Of a stretch of 64,000 nt of DNA, positions 11,150 to 24,000 are shown piece by piece. The stretch covers positions 132,308,001-132,372,000 of the forward strand of contig OZ024743.1 of assembly GCA_964016885.1 (NCBI GenBank), in the 5' to 3' direction. Position 1 is the first letter of the stretch; every line of letters begins with the position of its first letter. The notes beneath the pieces are model-generated. The model was not told the DNA's origin and did no database searches. It saw only the letters and a list, made by a program, of their open reading frames with translations. The DNA comes from Eledone cirrhosa (taxonomy: Eukaryota). Both the position numbers and the translations under genes were made by a program.

Positions 11150-14100
11150 TGTTGTTTGGTGCTTGGTGCTTGGTGCTTGTTGTTTGGTGCTTGGTGCTTG
11201 GTGCTTGTTGTTTGGTGCTTGGTGCTTGGTGCTTGGTCTTTGGTTCTTGGTGTTTGGTGTTTGGTGCTTGGTGCTTGGTGTTTGGTGCTTGATGCTTGGT
11301 GCTTGGTGTTTGGTGCTTGGTGCTTGGTGATTAGTGTTTGTTGCTTGGTGCTTGGGGTTTGGTGGTTGGTGCTTGGTGCTTGGTGTTTGGTGTTTGGTGT
11401 TTGGTGTTTGGTGTTTGCTGTTTGGTGTCTGCTTTTTGGTGTTTGGTGTTTGCTGTATGGTCTTTGCTGTTTCGTATTTGGTTTTTGCTGTTTGGTGTTT
11501 GGTGTTTGCTGTTTGGTGTTTGGTGTTTGGTGTTTGGTGCTTGGTGCTTGGTGCCTGGTGTTTGGCGTTTGGTGCTTGGTGCTTGGTGTTTGGTTTTTGG
11601 TGCTAGGTGCTTGGTGCTTGGTGCTTGGTGTTTGGTGCTTGTTGCTTAGTGTTTGGTGTTTGGTGCTTGGTGCTTGGTGTTTGATGTTTGGTCCTTGGTG
11701 CTTGGTGTTTGGTGCTTGGTGCTTGGCGTTTGGTGTTTGGTGCTTGCTGCTTGCTGCTTGGTGTTTGGTGCTTGGTGATTGGTGCTTGGTGTTTGGTGCT
11801 TGGTGCTTAGTGTTTGGTGTTTGGTGCTAGGTGCTTGGTGCTTGGTGCTTGGTGTTTGGTGCTTGGGGTTTGGTGTTTGGTGCTTGGTGCTTGGTGTTTG
11901 GTGCTTGGTGCTTGGTGCTTGGTGTTTGGTGCTTGTTGCTTGGTGTTTGGGGCTTGGTGCTTGGTGTTTGGTGCTTGGTGTTTGGTACTTCGTGCTTGGT
12001 GCTTGGTCCTTGGTTTTAGGTGTTTGGTGCTTGGTGCTTGGTGTTTGATGTTTGGTCCTTGGTGCTTGGTGTTTGGTGTTTAGTGCTTGGTGCTTGGTGT
12101 TTGGTGTTTGGTGCTTGCTGCTTGGTGCTGGGTGTTTTGTGTTTGGAGTTTGGTGCTTGGTGTTTGGTGCTTCTGTCTTGGTGCTTGGTGTTTGGTGCTT
12201 GGTGCTTGGTGTTTGGTGCTTGGTGCCTGGTGCTTGGTGTTTGGTGCTTGGTGCTTGGTGTTTGATGATTGGTGCTTGGTGTTTGGTGCTTGGTGCTTGG
12301 TGTTTGGTGCTTGGTGTTAAGTGTTTGGTGCTTGGTGCTTGGTGTTTGATGTTTGAGGTTTGGTGCTTGGTGCTTGGTGTTTGGTGTTTGGTGCTTGCTG
12401 CTTGCTGCTTGGTGTTTGCTGCTTGGTGATTGGTGCTTGGTGTTTTGTGCTTGGTGCTTGGTGTTTGGTGTTTGGTGCTAGGGGCTTGGTGCTTGGTGCT
12501 TTGTGTTTGGTGCTTGGTGCTTGCTGTTTGGTGTTTGGTGCTTGGTGTTTGGTGCTTGGTGTTTGGGGCTTGGTGTTCGGTGCTTGGTGCTTGGTGCTTC
12601 GTGCTTGGTGTTTGGTGTTTGGTGCTTGGTGCTTGGTGTTTGATGTTGGGTCCTTGGTGCTTGGTGTTTGGTGTTTGGTCCTTGGTGCTTGGTGTTTGGT
12701 GTTTGGTGCTTGGTGCTTGGTGTTTGGTGTTTGGTGTTTGGTGCTTGGGGTTTGGTGTTTGGTGCTTGGTGCTTGGTGCTTGGTGCTTGGTGCTTAGTGT
12801 TTGGTGCTTGGTGTTCGGTGCTTGGTCCTTGGTGCTTGGTGCTTGGTGGTAGGTGTTTGGTGCTTGGTGCTTGGTGTTTGATGTTTGGTCCTTGGTGCTT
12901 GGTGTTTGGTGCTTGGTGCTTGGTGTTTGGTGTTTGGTGCTTGCTGCTTGCTGCTTGGTGTTTGGTGCTTGGTGATTGGTGCTTGGTGTTTGGTGCTTGG
13001 TGCTTGGTGTTTGGTGTTTGGTGCTAGGTGCTTGGTGCTTGGTGCTTGGTGTTTGGTGCTTGGGGTTTGGTGTTTGGTGCTTGGTGCTTGGTGTTTGGTG
13101 CTTGGTGCTTGGTGCTTGGTGTTTGGTGCTTGTTGCTTGGTGTTTGGGGCTTGGTGCTTGGTGTTTGGTGCTTGGTGTTTGGTACTTCGTGCTTGGTGCT
13201 TGGTCCTTGGTTTTAGGTGTTTGGTGCTTGGTGCTTGGTGTTTGATGTTTGGTCCTTGGTGCTTGGTGTTTGGTGTTTAGTGCTTGGTGCTTGGTGTTTG
13301 GTGCTTGGTGCTTGGTGCTTGTTGTTTGGTGCTTGGTGCTTGGTGCTTGTTGTTTGGTGCTTGGTGCTTGGTGCTTGGTCTTTGGTTCTTGGTGTTTGGT
13401 GTTTGGTGCTTGGTGCTTGGTGTTTGGTGCTTGATGCTTGGTGCTTGGTGTTTGGTGCTTGGTGCTTGGTGATTAGTGTTTGTTGCTTGGTGCTTGGGGT
13501 TTGGTGGTTGGTGCTTGGTGCTTGGTGTTTGGTGTTTGGTGTTTGGTGTTTGGTGTTTGCTGTTTGGTGTCTGCTTTTTGGTGTTTGGTGTTTGCTGTAT
13601 GGTCTTTGCTGTTTCGTATTTGGTTTTTGCTGTTTGGTGTTTGGTGTTTGCTGTTTGGTGTTTGGTGTTTGGTGTTTGGTGCTTGGTGCTTGGTGCCTGG
13701 TGTTTGGCGTTTGGTGCTTGGTGCTTGGTGTTTGGTTTTTGGTGCTAGGTGCTTGGTGCTTGGTGCTTGGTGTTTGGTGCTTGTTGCTTAGTGTTTGGTG
13801 TTTGGTGCTTGGTGCTTGGTGTTTGATGTTTGGTCCTTGGTGCTTGGTGTTTGGTGCTTGGTGCTTGGCGTTTGGTGTTTGGTGCTTGCTGCTTGCTGCT
13901 TGGTGTTTGGTGCTTGGTGATTGGTGCTTGGTGTTTGGTGCTTGGTGCTTAGTGTTTGGTGTTTGGTGCTAGGTGCTTGGTGCTTGGTGCTTGGTGTTTG
14001 GTGCTTGGGGTTTGGTGTTTGGTGCTTGGTGCTTGGTGTTTGGTGCTTGGTGCTTGGTGCTTGGTGTTTGGTGCTTGTTGCTTGGTGTTTGGGGCTTGGT

Positions 14101-15450
14101 GCTTGGTGTTTGGTGCTTGGTGTTTGGTACTTCGTGCTTGGTGCTTGGTCCTTGGTTTTAGGTGTTTGGTGCTTGGTGCTTGGTGTTTGATGTTTGGTCC
14201 TTGGTGCTTGGTGTTTGGTGTTTAGTGCTTGGTGCTTGGTGTTTGGTGTTTGGTGCTTGCTGCTTGGTGCTGGGTGTTTTGTGTTTGGAGTTTGGTGCTT
14301 GGTGTTTGGTGCTTCTGTCTTGGTGCTTGGTGTTTGGTGCTTGGTGCTTGGTGTTTGGTGCTTGGTGCCTGGTGCTTGGTGTTTGGTGCTTGGTGCTTGG
14401 TGTTTGATGATTGGTGCTTGGTGTTTGGTGCTTGGTGCTTGGTGTTTGGTGCTTGGTGTTAAGTGTTTGGTGCTTGGTGCTTGGTGTTTGATGTTTGAGG
14501 TTTGGTGCTTGGTGCTTGGTGTTTGGTGTTTGGTGCTTGCTGCTTGCTGCTTGGTGTTTGCTGCTTGGTGATTGGTGCTTGGTGTTTTGTGCTTGGTGCT
14601 TGGTGTTTGGTGTTTGGTGCTAGGGGCTTGGTGCTTGGTGCTTGGTGTTTGGTGCTTGGTGCTTGCTGTTTGGTGTTTGGTGCTTGGTGTTTGGTGCTTG
14701 GTGTTTGGGGCTTGGTGTTCGGTGCTTGGTGCTTGGTGCTTCGTGCTTGGTGTTTGGTGTTTGGTGCTTGGTGCTTGGTGTTTGATGTTGGGTCCTTGGT
14801 GCTTGGTGTTTGGTGTTTGGTCCTTGGTGCTTGGTGTTTGGTGTTTGGTGCTTGGTGCTTGGTGTTTGGTGTTTGGTGTTTGGTGCTTGGGGTTTGGTGT
14901 TTGGTGCTTGGTGCTTGGTGCTTGGTGCTTGGTGCTTAGTGTTTGGTGCTTGGTGTTCGGTGCTTGGTCCTTGGTGCTTGGTGCTTGGTGGTAGGTGTTT
15001 GGTGCTTGGTGCTTGGTGTTTGATGTTTGGTCCTTGGTGCTTGGTGTTTGGTGCTTGGTGCTTGGTGTTTGGTGTTTGGTGCTTGCTGCTTGCTGCTTGG
15101 TGTTTGGTGCTTGGTGATTGGTGCTTGGTGTTTGGTGCTTGGTGCTTGGTGTTTGGTGTTTGGTGCTAGGTGCTTGGTGCTTGGTGCTTGGTGTTTGGTG
15201 CTTGGGGTTTGGTGTTTGGTGCTTGGTGCTTGGTGTTTGGTGCTTGGTGCTTGGTGCTTGGTGTTTGGTGCTTGTTGCTTGGTGTTTGGGGCTTGGTGCT
15301 TGGTGTTTGGTGCTTGGTGTTTGGTACTTCGTGCTTGGTGCTTGGTCCTTGGTTTTAGGTGTTTGGTGCTTGGTGCTTGGTGTTTGATGTTTGGTCCTTG
15401 GTGCTTGGTGTTTGGTGTTTAGTGCTTGGTGCTTGGTGTTTGGTGTTTGG
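11150..15450 (+). repeat. 2,142-bp (306-monomer) tandem duplication
   Basis: ORF pairs 11334/13476, 11779/13921, 12020/14162, 12360/14502, 12885/15027 and 13028/15170 are all offset 2142 = 306x7. The junction is near 13290. Confidence 0.9.
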
Positions 15451-18400
15451 TGCTTGCTGCTTGGTGCTGGGTGTTTTGTGTTTGGAGTTTGGTGCTTGGT
15501 GTTTGGTGCTTCTGTCTTGGTGCTTGGTGTTTGGTGCTTGGTGCTTGGTGTTTGGTGCTTGGTGCCTGGTGCTTGGTGTTTGGTGCTTGGTGCTTGGTGT
15601 TTGATGATTGGTGCTTGGTGTTTGGTGCTTGGTGCTTGGTGCTTGGTGCTTGGTGTTAAGTGTTTGGTGCTTGGTGCTTGGTGTTTGATGTTTGAGGTTT
15701 GGTGCTTGGTGCTTGGTGTTTGGTGTTTGGTGCTTGCTGCTTGCTGCTTGGTGTTTGCTGCTTGGTGATTGGTGCTTGGTGTTTTGTGCTTGGTGCTTGG
15801 TGTTTGGTGTTTGGTGCTAGGGGCTTGGTGCTTGGTGCTTGGTGTTTGGTGCTTGGTGCTTGCTGTTTGGTGTTTGGTGCTTGGTGTTTGGTGCTTGGTG
15901 TTTGGGGCTTGGTGTTCGGTGCTTGGTGCTTGGTGCTTCGTGCTTGGTGTTTGGTGTTTGGTGCTTGGTGCTTGGTGTTTGATGTTGGGTCCTTGGTGCT
16001 TGGTGTTTGGTGTTTGGTCCTTGGTGCTTGGTGTTTGGTGTTTGGTGCTTGGTGCTTGGTGCTTGGTGTTTGGTGTTTGGTGCTTGGGGTTTGGTGTTTG
16101 GTGCTTGGTGCTTGGTGCTTGGTGCTTGGTGCTTGGTGTTTGGTGCTTGGTGCTTGTTGCTTGGTGTTTGGTGCTTGGTGCTTGGTGTTTGGTGCTTGGT
16201 GTTTGGTACTTGGTGCTTGGTGCTTGGTCCTTGGTGTTAGGTGTTTGGTGCTTGGTGCTTGGTGTTTGATGTTTGGTCCTTGGTGCTTGGTGTTTGGTGT
16301 TTGGTGCTTGGTGCTTGGTGTTTTCGTGGTTGGTCCTTGCTGCCTGGTGCTTGGTGTTTTGTGTTTGGAGTTTGGTGTTTGGTGCTTCGGTCTTGGTGCT
16401 TGGTGTTTGGTGCTTGGTGCTTGGTGTTTGGTGCTTGGTGCCTGGTGCTTGGTTTTTGGTGCTTGGGGCTTGGTGTTTGGTGATTGGTGCTTGGTGTTTG
16501 GTGCTTGGTGCTTGGTGCTTGGTGTTAAGTGTTTAGTGCTTGGTGCTTGGTGTTTGATGTTTGGTGCTTGGTGCTTGGTGTTTGGTGTTTGGTGCTTGCT
16601 GCTTGGTGTTTGGTGTTTGGTGCTTGCTGCTTGCTGCTTGGTGTTTGGTGCTTGGTGATTGGTGCTTGGTGTTTTGTGCTTGGTGCTTGGTGTTTGGTGT
16701 TTGGTGCTAGGGGCTTGGTGCTTGGTACCTGGTGTTTGGTGCTTGGTGCTTGCTGTTTGGTGTTTGGTGCTTGGTGCGTGGGACTTCGTGTTTTGTATTT
16801 GGTGCTTGGTGTTTGGTGCTTGGTGTTTGGGGCTTGGTGTTCGGTGCTTGGTGCTTGGTGCTTCGTGCTCGGTGTTTGGTGTTTGGTGCTTGGTGCTTGG
16901 TGTTTGATGTTGGGTCCTTGGTGCTTGGTGTTTGGTGTTTGGTGCTTGGTGTTTGGTGTTTGGTGCTTGCTGCTTGCTGCTTGTTGTTTCGTTCTTTGTG
17001 ATTGGTGCTTGGTGCTTGGTGTTTGGTGCTTGGTGCTTGGTGTTTGGTGTTTGGTGCTTGGTGCTTGGGGCTTGGTGTTTGGTGCTTGGTGCTTGGTGCT
17101 TGGTGTTTGGTGTTTGGTGTTTGGTGCTTGGTTTTTGTTGCTTGGTGCTTGGTGCTGGGTGGTTGGTGTTTGGTGCTTGGTGCTTGGTGTTTGGTGCTTG
17201 GTGCTTGATGCTTGGTGTTTGGTGCTTGGTGCTTGGTGCTTGTTGTTTGGTGCTTGGTGCTTGGTGCTTGGTCTTTGGTTCCTGGTGTTTGGTGTTTGGT
17301 GCTTGGTGCTTGGTGTTTGGTGCTTGGTGCTTGGTGCTTGGTGTTTGGTGCCTGGTGCTTGGTGATTAGTGTTTGTTGCTTGGTGCTAGGGGTTTGGTGG
17401 TTGGTGCTTGGTGCTTGGTGTTTGGTGTTTGGTGTTTGGTGTTTGGTGTTTGCTGTTTGGTGTATGCTTTTTGGTGTTTGGTGTTTGCTGTATGGTCTTT
17501 GCTGTTTCGTATTTGGTTTTTGCTGTTTGGTGTTTGGTGTTTGCTGTTTGGTGTTTGGTGTTTGGTGTTTGGTGCTTGGTGCTTGGTGCTTGGTGTTTGG
17601 CGTTTGGTGCTTGCTGCTTGGTGTTTGGTGTTTGGTGCTAGGTGCTTGGTGCTTGGTGCTTGGTGTTTGGTGCTTGGTGCTTGGTGTTTGGTGTTTGGTG
17701 CTTGGTGCTTGGGGCATGGTGTTTGGTGCTTGGTGCTTCGTGCTTGGTGCTTGGTGTTTGGTGCTTGGTGCTTGGTGTTTGGTGTTTGGTGTTTGGTGCT
17801 TGGTGCTTGGTGCTTGGTGTTAAGTGTTTGGTGCTTGGTGCTTGGTGCTTGGTGTTTGGTGCTTCGTGCTTGGTGCTTGGTGTTTGGTGCATGGTGCTTG
17901 GTGTTTGGTGCTTGGTGCCTGGTGCTTGGTGTTTGGTGCTTGGTGTTTGGTGCTTGGTGTTTGGTGTTTGGTGTTTGCTGTTTGGTGTTTGCTGTTTGGT
18001 GTTTGGTGTTTGGTGCTTGCTGTTTGGTGCTTGGTGCTTGGTGTTTGGTGTTTGGTGTTTGGTGCTTGGTGCTTGGTATTTGGTGCTTGGTGCTTGGTAC
18101 TGGGTGTTTGGTGCTTGGTGCTTGGTGTTTGGTGCTTGGTGCTTGGTGCTTGGTGTTTGGTCCTTGGTGCTTGGTGCTTGGTCTTTGATGCTTGGGGTTT
18201 GGTGTTTGGTGCTTGGTGCTTGGTGTTTGCTGTTTGGTGTTTGGTGTTTGGTGCTTGCTGTTTGGTGCTTGGTGTTTGGTGCTTGGTGTTTGGTCCTTGG
18301 TGATTAGTGTTTGGTGATTGGTGCTTGGGGTTTGGTGTTTGGTGCTTGGTGCTTGGTGTTTGGTGCTTGGTGCTTGGTGCTTGGTGTTTGGTGCTTGTTG

Positions 18401-21069
18401 CTTGGTGTTAGCTGTTTGGTGCTTGGTGCTTGGTGTTTGATGTTTGGTCCTTGGGGCTTGGTGCTTGGTGTTTGGTGTTTGGTGCTTGCTGCTTGGTGCT
18501 TGGTGTTTTGTGTTTGGAGTTTGGTGCTTGGTGTTTGGTGCTTCGGTCTTGGTGCTTGGTGTTTGGTGCTTGGTGCTTGGTGTTTGGTGCTTGGTGCCTG
18601 GTGCTTGGTGTTTGGTGCTTGGTGTTTGGTGTTTGGTGATTGGTGCTTGGTGTTTGGTGCTTGGTGCTTGGTGCTTGGTGTTAAGTGTTTAGTGCTTGGT
18701 GCTTGGTGTTTGATGTTTGGTGCTTGGTGCTTGGTGTTTGGTGTTTGGTGCTTGCTGCTTGGTGTTTGGTGTTTGGTGCTTGCTGCTTGCTGCTTGGTGT
18801 TTGGGGCTTGGTGATTGGTGCTTGGTGTTTTGTGCTTGGTGCTTGGTGTTTGGTGTTTGGTGCTAGGGGCTTGGTGCTTGGTGCTTCGTGTTTGGTGCTT
18901 GGTGCTTGGTGCTTGGTGTTTGATGTTGGGTCCTTGGTGCTTGGTGTTTGGTATTTGGTGCTTGCTGCTTGCTGCTTGTTGTTTCGTTCTTTGTGATTGG
19001 TGCTTGGTGCTTGGTGTTTGGTGCTTGGTGCTTGGTGTTTGGTGTTTGGTGTTTGGTGCTTGGTGTTTGGTGCTTGGTGCTTGGTGCTGGGTGGTTGGTG
19101 TTTGGTGCTTGGTGCTTGGTGTTTGGTGCTTGGTGCTTAGTGCTTGTTGTTTGGTGCTTGGTGCTTGGTGCTTGGTCTTTGGTTCTTGGTGTTTGGTGTT
19201 TGGTGCTTGGTGCTTGGTGTTTGGTGCTTGGTGCTTGGTGCTGGGTGGTTGGTGTTTGGTGGTTGGTGCTTGGTGTTTGGTGCTTGGTGCTTGGTGCTTG
19301 GTGTTTGGTGCTTGGTGCTTGGTGCTTGTTGTTTGGTGCTTGGTGCTTGGTGCTTGGTCTTTGGTTCTTGGTGTTTGGTGTTTGGTGCTTGGTGCTTGGT
19401 GTTTGGTGCTTGGTGCTTGGTGCTTGGTGTTTGGTGCTTGGTGCTTGGTGATTAGTGTTTGTTGCTTGGTGCTTGGGGTTTGGTGGTTGGTGCTTGGTGC
19501 TTGGTGTTTGGTGTTTGGTGTTTGGTGTTTGGTGTTTGCTGTTTGGTGTCTGCTTTTTGGTGTTTGGTGTTTGCTGTATGGTCTTTGCTGTTTGGTGTTT
19601 GGTGTTTGCTGTTTGGTGTTTGGTGCTTGGTGTTTGGTGTTTGGTGCTTGGTGCTTGGTGTTTGGCGTTTGGTGCTTGGTACTGGGTGTTTGGTGCTTGG
19701 TGCTTGGTGTTTGGTGCTTGGTGCTTGGTGCTTGGTGTTTGGTCCTTGGTGCTTGGTGCTTGGTCTTTGATGCTTGGGGTCTGGTGTTTGGTGCTTGGTG
19801 CTTGGTGTTTGATGCTTGGTGCTTGGTGCTTGGTGTTTGCTGTTTGGTGTTTGGTGTTTGGTGCTTGCTGTTTGGTGCTTGGTGCTTGGTGTTTGGTGGT
19901 TGGTGTTTGGTGCTTGGTGATTAGTGTTTGGTGATTGGTGCTTGGGGTTTGGTGTTTGGTGCTTGGTGATTGGTGTTTGGTGCTTGGTGCTTGGTGCTTG
20001 GTGTTTGGTGCTTGTTGCTTGGCGTTTGGTGCTTGGTGCTTGGTGTTTGGTGCTTGGTGTTTGGTACTTGGTGCTTGGTGCTTGGTGCTTGGTGTTAGGT
20101 GTTTGGTGCTTGGTGCTTGGTGTTTGATGTTTGGTCCTTGGTGCTTGGTGTTTGGTGTTTGGTGCTTGGTGCTTGGTGTTTAGTGTTTGGTGCTTGCTGC
20201 TTGGTGCCTGGTGTTTTGTGTTTGGAGTTTGGTGCTTGGTGTTTGGTGCTTCGGTCTTGGTGCTTGGTGTTTGGTGCTTGGTGCTTGGTGTTAAGTGTTT
20301 GGTGCTTGGTGCTTGGTGTTTGATGTTTGCTGCTTGGTGCTTGGTGTTTGGTGTTTGGTGCTTGCTGCTTGGTGTTTGGTGTTTGGTGCTTGCTGCTTGC
20401 TGCTTGCTGCTTGGTGTTTGGTGCTTGGTGATTGGTGCTTGGTGTTTTGTGCTTGGTGCTTGGTGTTTGGTGTTTGGTGCTAGGGGCTTGGTTCTTGGTG
20501 CTTGGTGTTTGGTGCTTGGTGCTTGCTGTTTGGTGTTTGGTGCTTGGTGCGTGGGACTTCGTGTTTGGTGTTTGGTGCTTGGTGTTTGGTGCTTGGTGTT
20601 TGGGGCTTGGTGTTCGGTGCTTGGTGCTTCGTGCTTCGTGCTTGGTGTTTGGTGTTTGGTTCTTGGTGCTTGGTGTTTGATGTTGGGTCCTTGGTGCTTG
20701 GTGTTTGCTGTTTGGTGCTTGGTGTTTGGTGTTTGGTGCTTGCTGCTTGCTGCTTGTTGTTTCGTTCTTTGTGATTGGTGCTTGCTGCTTGGTGTTTGGT
20801 GCTTGGTGCTTGGTGTTTGGTGTTTGGTGCTTGGTGCTTGGGGCTTGGTGTTTGGTGCTTGGTGCTTGGTGCTTGGTGTTTGGTGTTTGGTGTTTGGTGC
20901 TTGGTGTTTGGAGCTTGGTGCTTGGTGCTGGGTGGTTGGTGTTTGGTGCTTGGTGCTTGTTGTTTGGTGCTTGGTGCTTGGTGCTTGTTGTTTGGTGCTT
21001 GGTGCTTGGTGCTTGGTCTTTGGTTCTTGGTGTTTGGTGTTTGGTGCTTGGTGCTTGGTGTTTGGTGCT

Positions 21070-24000
21070 TGGTGCTTGGTGCTTGGTGTTTGGTGCTTCA
21101 TACTTGGTGCTTGGTGTTTGGTGCCTGTGTTTCGTGCTTGGTGCTTGGTGCTTGGTGTTTGGTGTTTGGTGCTTGGTGGTTGGTGTTTGGTGCTTCATAC
21201 TTGGTGCTTGGTGTTTGGTGCCTGTGTTTCGTGCTTGGTGCTTGGTGCTTGGTGTTTGGTGTTTGGTGCTTGGTGGTTGGTGTTTGGTACTTGGTGCTTG
21301 GTGCTTGGTGCTTGGTGTTTGATGCTGCGTGCCTGGTGTTTGGTGTTTGGTGCTTGGTGCTTGGTGTTTGGTGTTTCGTGCTTGGTGCCTGGTGCTTGTT
21401 GTTTGGTGTTTGCTGCTTGGTGCTTGGTGTTTCGTGTTTGGTGCTTGGTGCTTGGTATCTGGTGTTTGGTGCTTGGTGTTTGGTGTTTGGTGCTTGGTGC
21501 TTGGTGCTTGGTGTTTGGTGTTTGGTGCTTCGTGCTTGGTGTTTGGTGTTTGGTGTTTGATGCTTGGTGTTTGCTGCTTGGTGCTTGGTGCTTGGTACTT
21601 GGTGTTTGGTGCTTCGGTCTTGGTGCTTGGTGTTTGGTGCTTGGTGCTTGTTGTTTGGTGCTTGGTGCCTGGTGCTTGGTGTTTGGTGCTTGGTGCTTGG
21701 TGTTTGGTGCTTATTGTTTGGTGCTTGGTGCTTGGTGCTTGGTGCTAGGTGTTTGGTGCTTGGTGCTTGGTGTTTGATGTTTGGTGCTTGGTGTTTGGTG
21801 CTTGGTGCTTGGTTTTGGTGTTTGGTGCTTGCTGCTTGCTGCTTGGTGTTTGGTGCTTGGTGATTGGTGCTTGGTGTTTTGTGCTTGGTGCTTGGTGTTT
21901 GGTGTTTGTTGCTAGGGGCTTCGTGCTTGGTGCTTGGTGTTTGGTACTTGGTGCTTGCTGTTTGGTGTTTGGTGCTTGGTGCGTGGGACTTAGTGTTTGG
22001 TGTTTGGTGCTTGGTGTTTGGTGCTTGGTGTTTGGGGCTTGGTGTTCGGTGCTTGGTGCTTGCTGCTTGCTGCTTGGTGTTTGGTGTTTGGTGCTTGGTG
22101 CTTGGTGTTTGATGTTGGGTCCTTAGTGCTTCGTGCTTGGTGTTTGGTGCTTGGTGTTTGGTGCTTGGTGCTTGCTGCTTGCTGCTTGTTGTTTCGTTCT
22201 TTGTGATTGCTGCTTGGTGCTTGGTGTTTGGTGCTTGGTGCTTGGTGTTTGGTGTTTGGTGTTTGGTGCTTGGGGCTTGGTGTTTGGTGTTTGGTGCTTG
22301 GTGCTTGGTGTTTGGTGTTTGATGCTTGGTGTTTGATGCTTGTTGCTTGGTGCTTGGTGTTTTGTGTTTGGTGTTTGGTGCTCGGTGTATGTACTTGGTG
22401 CTTGGTGCTTGGTGTTTGGTGCTTGGTTCTTGGTGTTTAGTGATTGGTGCTTGGTGCTTGGTGTTTGGTGCTTGGTGCTTGGTGTTTGGTACTTGGTGCT
22501 TGGTGTTTGGTGTTTGGTGCTTGGTGTTTGGTGCTTGGTGCTTGGTGCTTGGTGCTTGGTGTTATGTGTTTGGTGCTTGGTGCTTGGTGTTTGGTGCTTG
22601 GTGCTTGGTGTTTGGTGCCTGGTGCCTGGTGCTTGGTGTTTGGTGCTTGGTGTTTGGTGCTTGGTGTTTGGTGCTTGGTGTTCGGTGCTTTTTGCTTGGT
22701 GCTTGGTGATTGGTGTTTGGTGTTTGGTGCTTGGTGCTTGGTGTTTGATGTTTGGTCCTTGGTGCTTGTTGTTTGGTGATTTGTGCTTGGTGCTTGGTGC
22801 TTGGTGTTTGGTGCTTGGTGCTTGGTGCTTGGTGTTTGGCGTTTGCTGTTTGCTGTTTGGTATTTGGTGTTTGCTGTTTGGTGTTTGGTGCTTGGTGTTT
22901 GGTGCTTGGTGCTTGCTGTTTGGTGTTCGGTGTTTGGTTCTTGGTGCTTGGTGTTTGGTGTTTGGTGCTTGGTGCTTGGTGCTTGGTGTTTGGTGGTTGG
23001 TGCTTGGTGCTTGGTGTTTGGTGCTGCGTGCTTGGTGTTTGGCGTTTGGTGCTTGGTGCCTGGTGCTTGTTGTTTGGTGTTTGGTGCATAGTGCTTGGTG
23101 TTTGGTGTTTGGTGCTTGGTGCATGGTGGCTGGTGTTTTGTGCTTGGTGTTTGGTGTTTTGTGCTTGGAGCCTGGTGCCTGGTGTTTCGTGCTTTGTGCT
23201 TGGTGCTTGGTGTTTGGTGTTTGGTGCTTGGTGTTTGGTGTTTGGTACTTGGTGCTTGGTGCTTGGTGCTTGGTGTTTGGTGCTTGGTGCTTGGTGCTTG
23301 GTGTTTGATGCTGCGTGCTTGGTGTTTGGTGTTTGGTGCTTCGTGCTTGGTGTTTGGTGCTTGGTGCCTGGTGCTTGTTGTTTGGTGTTTGGTGCTTGGT
23401 GCTTGGTGTTTGGTGTTTGGTGCTTGGTGCGTGGGACTTAGTGTTTGGTGTTTTGTGCTTGGTGTTTGGGGCTTGGTGTTTGGGGCTTAGTGTTCGGTGC
23501 TTGGTGCTTGGTGCTTGGTGCTTGGTGCTTGGTGTTTGGTGTTTGGTGCTTGGTGCTTGGTCCTTGGTGTTTGATGTTGGGTCCTTGGTGCTTGGTGTTT
23601 GGTGTTTGGTGCTTGGTGTTTGGTGTTTGGTGCTTGCTGCTTGCTGCTTGTTGTTTCGTTCTTTGTGATTGGTGCTTGGTGTTTGGTGTTTGGTGCTTGG
23701 TGCTTGGTGCTTGGTGTTTGATGTTGGGTCCTTGGTGCTTGGTGTTCGGTGCTTGGTGCTTGGTGTTTGGTGCTTGGTGCTTGGTGTTTGGTGCTTGGTG
23801 CTTGGTGCTTGTTGTTAGGTGCTTGGTGCTTGGTGCTTGGTCTTTGGTGCTTGGTGTTTGGTGTTTGGTGCTTGGTGCTTGGTGCATGGTGTTTGGTGCT
23901 TGGTGCTTGGTGTTTGGTGCTTGGTGCTTGGTGATTAGTGTTTGTTGCTTGGTGCTTGGGGTTTGGTGGTTGGTGCTTGGTGCTTGGTGTTTGGTGTTTG

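Larger units (their letters stand above)
1..20300 (+). repeat. ~9.7-9.9-kb higher-order duplication (two imperfect copies plus the start of a third)
   Basis: Identical ORF entries at 53..364, 9734..10045 and 19459..19770. 4631..5068 matches 14502..14939 (9871), 6835..7845 matches 16707..17717 (9872), and 8446..8949 matches 18311..18814 (9865). A rare GGTACC variant occurs at 6852 and 16724 (9872 apart). Confidence 0.85.
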
